Below are positions 15,062-21,363 of a stretch of DNA of 64,000 bases, in pieces. The stretch's first letter is position 1; each line of letters starts with the position of its first letter. The notes below the pieces were generated by a model. The model had not been told where the DNA came from, did no database searches, and saw nothing but the letters and a program-made list of their open reading frames with translations. The position numbers were made by a program, and so were the translations under genes. This stretch comes from Bdellovibrionales bacterium (GTDB lineage Bacteria > Bdellovibrionota > Bdellovibrionia > Bdellovibrionales > UBA1609), in the NCBI GenBank assembly GCA_965200875.1, contig OZ241456.1, positions 334,588-398,587 of the forward strand, in the 5' to 3' direction.

Positions 15062-17512
15062 CTAATTTCGATACTGGCAAGTTCGGCTTATTGGGTCATA
15101 ATAAGTACCGGGTGGGCAACAGGTGTTGTGTGTGCGATCATACACAGATCCGTTTGGACAGCAAATATTGCCTGTGCCATGATTATAGTTCCATCCGTTT
15201 GGACAACAGGTGCCGTTTGAGAAATTATATCCGTCTGGACAACATGTTCTACCTCCTACGGAATAATATCCGTTTCTGCAACAACCAGAATCAATAGAAT
15301 GTCCCAAAGCACAAGCCCTATTGTTTTTAACACATAATACTGTTCCTGCCGGAGTGTTTATATATTCGCCGGCTCTGGCAACCTTGCGAATATGTCCAGG
15401 CATACAGCAAGCTCCACTGGAACTTGGACAACAATTTCCATTACGGAGGTGTGGAGCGGTGCGAGGACATCGCTCACATCTATCACCATAGCGTAAATGA
15501 TTTCTCGGACAGAACCAGCACTTATTGTCGTATTCGTGTTGTCGCCCCCTCGGACAACGGTTGCAACTGTTGTTATAGTGCCAGTATCTGTTACGCGGAC
15601 ACTGGCGACAGTATCCGAAATAATGGTGTCTTCTGTCACGATGGCAACGGTTGCATTTCCCATCGTAAAAATACTCAGCTCTGCAACTATGACATCCTCC
15701 ATTGTGTTCATATCGTCTATACACCGGACAACGGTTGCAACTTCCCCAGTAATAATGTTGCCCCCTCTGGCAAGTGTTGCATCTTCCATTGTAGTAGTGC
15801 GGAACATGTCTTGCACATTTATTACACCGGCCATTATAATAATACCTTTCATTGAGGGGACAGCGGTTGCAGGTTCCCCAGTAGTAATGTTGCCCGCTCG
15901 GGCACCGGTTACAAGTCCCGCTATAATAATGTTGTCCGCGTGGGCATTGGTTACACCGACCTCCATAATAATACTTCCTAGAGCTTGGGCAACGATGGCA
16001 GGCCCCGCTATAGTAATGTTGCCCTCGTGGACAGCGATTACATCTGTTATTATAGTAATGTCTTTGGTAGCTTGGACATTTGTTGCAGGTTCCTCCATAG
16101 TAATACTTCCTTGAGCTGTTGCATCGGTTACACCGGCCATTATAATAATATCTTTCATTGAGGGGGCAACGGTTGCAAGTTCCACTATAGTAATGTTGCC
16201 CGCTCGGACATTTGTTGCAGGTTCCATCATCGTATTTATAGGGTGTGGAGCTTGGGCATTCGTGGCAACTCCCGTCGTAGTAATGCTCTCCACTGGGACA
16301 TTTATTGCATACATTACTGTGGTAGTGTGGAGTCCCCTCAGGGCATCTGTTACACACATTACTATAGTGGTGTGGAGTCCCCTCAGGGCATTTGTTGCAT
16401 TGGCCATCGTAAAAATGAATTTTATTGGCTGGGCAGGTGTTACAGCTCCCATTATAGTAATGTTCTCCACTTGGGCACATATTGCAGGTTCCACTATAGT
16501 AATGTTGCCCGCTCGGACATTGGTTACATGTTTGATTGTGATTGTAGTAATAGGGTTTATCTGCTGGACAAGCACATTCCTGATTTGGAGGGGTTCCTCT
16601 GTGCCGAGTTTCCCCTACGCATACACATTCCGCGCTTTCTTGATCCCACCTCTGCCTTGTTTCACAAACCCCCGCACATTCCAGTTCCCCGGAGGATTTT
16701 ACACTTACCACAATTTGCCCCTCTGGACATGCCATATTCTCTGAACTACTGGCATGAATCAAAGCCGAACATTGGATATTATCACCACCTGTATAAGCAG
16801 ATGGTGAATCAGAACAAGGATCATAATCAACACAGTCAGGTGTTCCATCGGGCTTAAATCCACGAAAATGTTTATAAGGCCCTTCGTCCTCACAACTCAC
16901 ACTCTGGAAGCCCTTTCCGGTATGACAATCTAGGGGAACACACTTATCTTCAGTGCCATCACATGCCTCATTCGAACACTTGTAATCCAACACACAGGTT
17001 TGATGATAACAACCGGTTTTATCTGTGGCGGAACAACCCCCACCCCCTAAAGTTTCATTACCCCTAAGATAAGGCTTTGTGTAAAACACAATTAAAAGTC
17101 GCTTTGGGTGATCCTTATCAATATTCACTTCCTTTTTCAGCTCAATCCCCTGAATGGAAATAAAATCATCTTGTGTAAACTGTCCTATGGATGTAAGGGG
17201 ATCTGAGAGATTTCCTTCATCATCCAGCTCATGCAACAAACCACTTTGGTGTTCTTTGTCGCTCTCCGAAAGCCGGGCAGGCTTTGTTATATCCTTGCAA
17301 TTAATTTCATTACTTAAAAACTCTTTTGTTCTGTGAGATAAAACCTGCTCTGCCAGATTGGTTCTGATTACCTGCTCGGACTTTACCGATATTCCTATTA
17401 TTTTTAATGTGCTCAAGCTTATAGTGAGGCCCAGAGTGCCAGCCACTAAAATGCCAGCTAGTCCTCCAAATCCTCTTTTTCCTCTTAAAAAACTTGTGTA
17501 ATACATTTTCAT
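15062..17512 (-). CDS. type IV (minor-)pilin-like protein with 25 CxxC modules and vicinal-Cys C-terminal region
   Basis: N-terminus GKRG|FGGLAGILVAGTLGLTISL has prepilin-like Gly-Phe plus a hydrophobic helix but no Glu5. Its core is homologous to the upstream gene. Residues 329-693 hold 25 modules, C-x2-C-P-x-G-x-H-Y-Y-x-G-x, with period 13-16 aa. Residues 694-816 hold 7 CC pairs (CCPxG(Y/W)...). By my count there are 86 Cys in 816 aa. Confidence 0.7.
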   Translation of the reverse strand: MKMYYTSFLRGKRGFGGLAGILVAGTLGLTISLSTLKIIGISVKSEQVIRTNLAEQVLSHRTKEFLSNEINCKDITKPARLSESDKEHQSGLLHELDDEGNLSDPLTSIGQFTQDDFISIQGIELKKEVNIDKDHPKRLLIVFYTKPYLRGNETLGGGGCSATDKTGCYHQTCVLDYKCSNEACDGTEDKCVPLDCHTGKGFQSVSCEDEGPYKHFRGFKPDGTPDCVDYDPCSDSPSAYTGGDNIQCSALIHASSSENMACPEGQIVVSVKSSGELECAGVCETRQRWDQESAECVCVGETRHRGTPPNQECACPADKPYYYNHNQTCNQCPSGQHYYSGTCNMCPSGEHYYNGSCNTCPANKIHFYDGQCNKCPEGTPHHYSNVCNRCPEGTPHYHSNVCNKCPSGEHYYDGSCHECPSSTPYKYDDGTCNKCPSGQHYYSGTCNRCPLNERYYYNGRCNRCNSSRKYYYGGTCNKCPSYQRHYYNNRCNRCPRGQHYYSGACHRCPSSRKYYYGGRCNQCPRGQHYYSGTCNRCPSGQHYYWGTCNRCPLNERYYYNGRCNKCARHVPHYYNGRCNTCQRGQHYYWGSCNRCPVYRRYEHNGGCHSCRAEYFYDGKCNRCHRDRRHHYFGYCRQCPRNRYWHYNNSCNRCPRGRQHEYDNKCWFCPRNHLRYGDRCERCPRTAPHLRNGNCCPSSSGACCMPGHIRKVARAGEYINTPAGTVLCVKNNRACALGHSIDSGCCRNGYYSVGGRTCCPDGYNFSNGTCCPNGWNYNHGTGNICCPNGSVYDRTHNTCCPPGTYYDPISRTCQYRN
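15434..16528. repeat. coding tandem array of 42-45-nt CxxC modules (25 units, diverged)
   Basis: Periodicity read from the translated protein. Several units are near-identical (CNRCPLNERYYYNGR twice; CPSGQHYYSGTCN three times). Stop codons are depleted in several frames on both strands. Confidence 0.8.
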
Positions 17513-17518
17513 GTTAAC

Positions 17519-18682
17519 CTATTTAGGTATGTCAGGTTCAGGTACGCAAACTATCGGTGCTCCTCCCGGTTCAGGGAGAGGACATTCACATTTTTTAGTA
17601 TCTGGATTATACCTTGTAAGGCCTGTACAGATTATTGGTTCATCAGGTTCATCAGGTTCAGGGGTTGGTTCATCAGGTTCAGGGTTTGGATCATCAGGTT
17701 CAGGCGGAGGCACAATACATTTTAAACTTATTTTGTTCCAAATTTTTCCAGTCGGGCATTTACAGGTCACCCCGGTCCAGATTTTGTCATAAGGACAATC
17801 ACAATTTGACCCAATCCTTCCCCCGGAACAGATACGGCTACAAATCGGATCCCCGTCTTTGTCAAAACCCTGTAAAAACTCGTCAGCATTCGGACAACTT
17901 AAATTCCCAGTTTCAGGAATCGCCGGAAATGCCCGGCAATCTTCTTCACCGTCTGCTTTTCTGCCAACATAAACTTGACCGGGAGGGCAGGTTGGTTTTT
18001 CCTGGCATCTTGGGTTTCCATCTCCGTCAAATCCGCTTAAGTATTGTTCATCTGAACAAGACACACTCAAACTATCTCCTATACTTTTGCAAGCTGATAA
18101 CGAACAGCTGGTGATTTTATTATTATCGCCGGGGTCATGCACGATTTCCAAATCACAGGATTGGTGATAACAGCCTTTGTTGTCAGTGGTTGAACATTCT
18201 CCATCTCCCAAGGTTTTATAAGAACCTAGTTGAGGCTTGCTGTAATAAACAGCAAAAGTATATTTGTCCGAACCTTCGTTTGACAGTTCAAGGCTTTTTA
18301 CAGATATCAGATCGCCTTTAAAACCTCCGGTGGCAAGATAAAGTATGTCGTCTGAAGTGTTGGGACTTGGAGGGGTATTGTTTCCCTCAGTCTTCATATA
18401 TTTACCGCCGGTGAGTTTGCCTTTTTTATGGGTGCGGTCAGAGAGCCTAGAAGGATCTAAATTCCATTTGCAATCCTCCTCATTGCTTAACATTCGCCGA
18501 ATGGTGATATACAAATCCTGCTCCTTTTGCTGAGTGCTGGACACCTGAGCAGAGCTTATGGTTATTTGAGAGAGCTTTAAAACGGCTAGACCTAAAACAA
18601 GTCCAACCCCGGTGGCTACAAATACTTCCACCAGACCAAAACCTTTATTGCCAAAGAGAATTTTTTTCATACATGTGGTCAT
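17519..18682 (-). CDS. type IV pilin-like protein (class III signal peptide) with Cys-rich globular region and Pro/Asp/Glu-rich tail
   Basis: MKKILFGNKG|FGLVEVFVATGVGLVLGLAVLKL has Gly-1, Phe+1, Glu+5 and a hydrophobic helix. C-terminal PPPEPDDPNPEPDEPTPEPDEPDEP linker, then CxC/CP motifs. A 6-nt gap separates it from the downstream paralog. Confidence 0.75.
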   Translation of the reverse strand: MTTCMKKILFGNKGFGLVEVFVATGVGLVLGLAVLKLSQITISSAQVSSTQQKEQDLYITIRRMLSNEEDCKWNLDPSRLSDRTHKKGKLTGGKYMKTEGNNTPPSPNTSDDILYLATGGFKGDLISVKSLELSNEGSDKYTFAVYYSKPQLGSYKTLGDGECSTTDNKGCYHQSCDLEIVHDPGDNNKITSCSLSACKSIGDSLSVSCSDEQYLSGFDGDGNPRCQEKPTCPPGQVYVGRKADGEEDCRAFPAIPETGNLSCPNADEFLQGFDKDGDPICSRICSGGRIGSNCDCPYDKIWTGVTCKCPTGKIWNKISLKCIVPPPEPDDPNPEPDEPTPEPDEPDEPIICTGLTRYNPDTKKCECPLPEPGGAPIVCVPEPDIPK

Positions 18683-18804
18683 GGTTTTTAAAGTTCCCTC
18701 TCTTTAAACTATACTGGCCTCGCAATAAAATTCTTGTTTTCTTGCAAAAAGTGTCTTTAATGTGCTTGGTTTTACTCATTCACTTTAAATTGGTTCAAAA
18801 TGGC

Positions 18805-18832
18805 GTATCGGTCTTCTTTGATTAGGACTTTA
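18805..18832 (-). promoter_or_regulatory. sigma-28 (FliA)-type promoter candidate for the pilin-like operon
   Basis: The minus strand reads TAAAGTCCtaatcaaagaagACCGATAC (TAAA-N16-ACCGATAC). It lies about 120 nt upstream of the 18682 start. Confidence 0.4.
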
Positions 18833-19063
18833 GTGGGGAGAGTGAAAAAAACTGGTCTTATGGGACAAAAAACAGCTTAAAAAAGCTTAAAAACAAAAAA
18901 AACTTGAAAGAGGCAAAATGAGGTATATACTTATCTACACGACTATTGAATGGGTCTTGGATAAATACTCCTGCTCCATCCAATACTTAGAGCTTGATAT
19001 GATAAGATTTTTTTTTGATGGATGATTATAAATTTCGGAAAAAATAAGAATTAAGGAGGAAAG

Positions 19064-20230
19064 ATGAAATCATTTTTACGAATAAGAGCTTGGCTTTTTT
19101 TGTTTGTATCCTGCTTTTTTACAGTAATGATTGTCTTGAGTTGCACCCAGGAGGGTCAGGAAAGTGGCACTTCCACCACCACAGGTTCCGGCACCAGGGA
19201 TAGGAATGATGAACCAGAAGAAGATGATGATGACAAACCCTTACTCACCTGTGAATTTTCCTCCTGTAGCGGAAGCGACTGTTGTACAGAAGATGATGAA
19301 AAATGCGAGGAATGGTGTAGTAAAGACAAGTATTTAAGTCTAAGTGGAGATGAGGAGGATAAATGTCTTGGTGTTGGTAAAGAGCCTGGGCTGAAGAAGG
19401 AAACAGTGGAAAGACTAAACGAAATATTTACTGGTAAGTTTAAAAGAAATAAAATTAATAGGAAGAACTTGGACAATCTAAAAGACAGGGATGATATAGA
19501 ATTAATATGTGCTGCTGTAAAAGAGTTGGGTACAGATATATTGAACAATCATATTGAAGATTATAAAGAAAAACACGCCAAGTTTTTTTTATCTTGGCTC
19601 GCTAGAGAGAAAGTGGCTTTGGAGATATTTGAAAATGCAGAAGACGATGACGGTATTGAAATGTTGAAAGACCTTTTAAAAAAAGCAGGTAACAGTAGCT
19701 CAGATAACGAAAGCGAGCAGATTTTGATAGGTCTTACGAAAAAAATAGAGAACCTGGATGATAAAGATGAGAAGTTGCCGATTTTGGCTTTGGCTGATGA
19801 ACATAACAACGAACGATTGATAGAGTATTTCCATGAGACTTTTATCGCAGATGATGATGAGGCAATATGTGAAGAAGACAAAAGTAATAATTTACCAGAA
19901 CCGGTTTCCGGTTCTGGTAAATATAGTAACGTCGCAGTAGCGGAAGACAACAAAGAGCAAGCCTGTGTTTTAGCGGTTTACTGTAAAATAGCTGATGATG
20001 GAATAATCGCCGAAGACCGAGATGATTTCAGAAAGGCTATGGCCGATGCTACGGAGTATTCACTTGATTTTATAGAAACAGATATAGAGGATGGAGGTTT
20101 AGACCCCGGCGAAAATACTAATAATGCTATTCATGATCTGACAGATGACGACGAGGAGGAGTGGTCTAATAACGCTTGTGAGAATTTGAAACACTACTGG
20201 GACAACGATGGTCTTGATCTTGGTTTATAA
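19064..20230 (+). CDS. highly acidic Cys-motif lipoprotein, paralog family member C
   Basis: Strong RBS AAGGAGG. Lipobox MIVLS|C. Motif CCTEDDEKCEEWCSKDKY...C is related to genes 10881 and 12325, and the C-terminal ...EQACVLAVYCKI is related to their ...YFYC/YCW block. Very Asp/Glu-rich. Confidence 0.6.
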   Translation: MKSFLRIRAWLFLFVSCFFTVMIVLSCTQEGQESGTSTTTGSGTRDRNDEPEEDDDDKPLLTCEFSSCSGSDCCTEDDEKCEEWCSKDKYLSLSGDEEDKCLGVGKEPGLKKETVERLNEIFTGKFKRNKINRKNLDNLKDRDDIELICAAVKELGTDILNNHIEDYKEKHAKFFLSWLAREKVALEIFENAEDDDGIEMLKDLLKKAGNSSSDNESEQILIGLTKKIENLDDKDEKLPILALADEHNNERLIEYFHETFIADDDEAICEEDKSNNLPEPVSGSGKYSNVAVAEDNKEQACVLAVYCKIADDGIIAEDRDDFRKAMADATEYSLDFIETDIEDGGLDPGENTNNAIHDLTDDDEEEWSNNACENLKHYWDNDGLDLGL

Positions 20231-20411
20231 ATGAATGATTGAATTTAGGTTTTTAGATAGTACCCTTTGAAAAACCTCTGATAAAACAGGTTACTCGCCT
20301 GTTAAAGAAAAAGCTTCCCACCTCAAGCATAAGGTATGAGTCACTTTATTTTTTATCTTTTAAGCTGTTTAATGAGTCGATCCTGAATAAGTCTGTTTAG
20401 TGAGATATGCT

Positions 20412-20520
20412 CTTACCAATACTTCACCGCTCGGTCTCAAACATGCGTTTTGCCACACACGCGTCTTTTCAGTCGCGGTGTGCTCAAAGCCGAACTCGCC
20501 TCGTGGTGAGTATCGGTAAG
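20412..20520. ncRNA. GC-rich structured intergenic element (candidate ncRNA or cis-RNA; family and strand unknown)
   Basis: Outer stem CTTACCAATACTTCACC (20412-20428) pairs with GGTGAGTATCGGTAAG (20505-20520), about 15 bp with one mismatch and one bulge. Inner hairpin GCCACACACGCG-tcttttcagt-CGCGGTGTGC (20450-20483). Local GC is far above the flanking intergenic DNA. Confidence 0.25.
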
Positions 20521-20592
20521 ATCTTTTTCACTGATACTTTTTGCAAGAAAACAAAGGTTGTATTGTAAAATCTTGCAATTTTTCCCGAACCG

Positions 20593-20622
20593 TTTATAAA
20601 AAAAATCAAGTGATAACAACGC
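20593..20622 (-). repeat. dispersed repeat, copy 2 (orientation B, diverged distal half)
   Basis: The plus strand reads TTTATAAAAAAAATCAAGTGATAACAACGC. It is inverted relative to copy 1. Confidence 0.65.
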
Positions 20623-20747
20623 TTTATTATTTATTCAGAACCGACTATTTCCGAGTGTATAGAGTGAGAATGTTCTTGTAACATCTGCTTATAACTCTCC
20701 GTCTTTTCATTCAGCATGACATTTACGCCTTTCAACTGGTTTTAAAT

Positions 20748-21299
20748 CTATTCTTTTTTCGAAAACCATACTCTCATATCTTCTTTTAAATCTTTAAAAC
20801 CACTTGTCATATCAATTCTCAAACCATCAATTTTTTTATTTGTATCAGTGATATGATTACTCAAATCTTTTTTCGAATCATCAATTTTTTTATTTGTATC
20901 AATTCTCAAATCATCAATTTTTTTATTTGTGTCAATTCTCAAATCATCAATTTTTTTATTTGTATCAATGATATAATTACTCAAATCTTTTTTCGAATCA
21001 TCAATTTTTTTATTTGTGTCAATTCTCGAATCATCAATTTTTTTATTTGTATCAGTGATATAATTACTCAAATCTTTTTTCGAATCATCAATTTTTTTAT
21101 TTGTATCAGTGATATAATTACTCAAATCTTTTTTCGAATCATCAATTTTTTTATTTGTATCAGTGATATGATTACTCAAATCTTTTCGGATATGTCTCAT
21201 TTCAATGGCAAGATAAACCAAGATAACTATCCCTATCACAGAATATACGGGGACTTGGTCGCCTAAATAATTAAAAAAAAGAGGTGCAAAATTACTCAT
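20748..21299 (-). CDS. tandem-repeat (TDTNKKIDD) coiled-coil protein with N-terminal membrane anchor
   Basis: N-terminal TM helix VYSVIGIVILVYLAIEM. Then 18-aa units (KKDLSNYITDTNKKIDDS) and 11-aa units (RIDTNKKIDDL) iterate. The KID-type repeats are reminiscent of Borrelia Bdr proteins. Confidence 0.6.
   Translation of the reverse strand: MSNFAPLFFNYLGDQVPVYSVIGIVILVYLAIEMRHIRKDLSNHITDTNKKIDDSKKDLSNYITDTNKKIDDSKKDLSNYITDTNKKIDDSRIDTNKKIDDSKKDLSNYIIDTNKKIDDLRIDTNKKIDDLRIDTNKKIDDSKKDLSNHITDTNKKIDGLRIDMTSGFKDLKEDMRVWFSKKE
20812..21185. repeat. coding tandem repeat, 54-nt and 33-nt units
   Basis: atcatcaatttttttatttgtatcagtgatat(a/g)attactcaaatcttttttcga and atcatcaatttttttatttgtgtcaattctc(a/g)a recur. 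They lie inside CDS 20748-21299. Confidence 0.85.
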
Positions 21300-21363
21300 T
21301 TCTACATTATATCACATATAATTTAAAGCAACAATATAATACGGCTAACTATTGCTTTTTAAT

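Noticed and set aside
15358-16857. Long alternative-frame ORFs over the CxxC array: 15358-16575 (-) 405 aa, 15497-16114 (+), 16193-16744 (+), 16243-16857 (+), 15424-15855 (+).
   Set aside because: They are shadow ORFs created by the Cys/Asn/His/Tyr/Arg codon bias of the repeat, which depletes stop codons in other frames. Their translations are low-complexity (T/V/A/I-rich) with no start context. The 15062-17512 frame alone has a pilin-type N-terminus, an RBS context and a homolog next door.
20412-20520. I considered whether the structured element could be an integron attC site, a c-di-GMP (GEMM-I) riboswitch, a tRNA-like element, or tmRNA/6S/SRP/RNase P.
   Set aside because: It lacks attC core sites (RYYYAAC...GTTRRRY), and no integrase is nearby. 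It lacks the GEMM-I GGCAAA / ACGCAAAGCC pairing context; only a CAAAGCC fragment is present. It is too short and lacks the conserved boxes of the housekeeping RNAs. This was judged by eye only.
20437-20619. 60-aa minus-strand ORF across the structured GC-rich element.
   Set aside because: It has a TTG start inside the dispersed repeat and no RBS. Its composition is driven by the stem sequences. An RNA-level feature is more plausible, but neither reading is proven.
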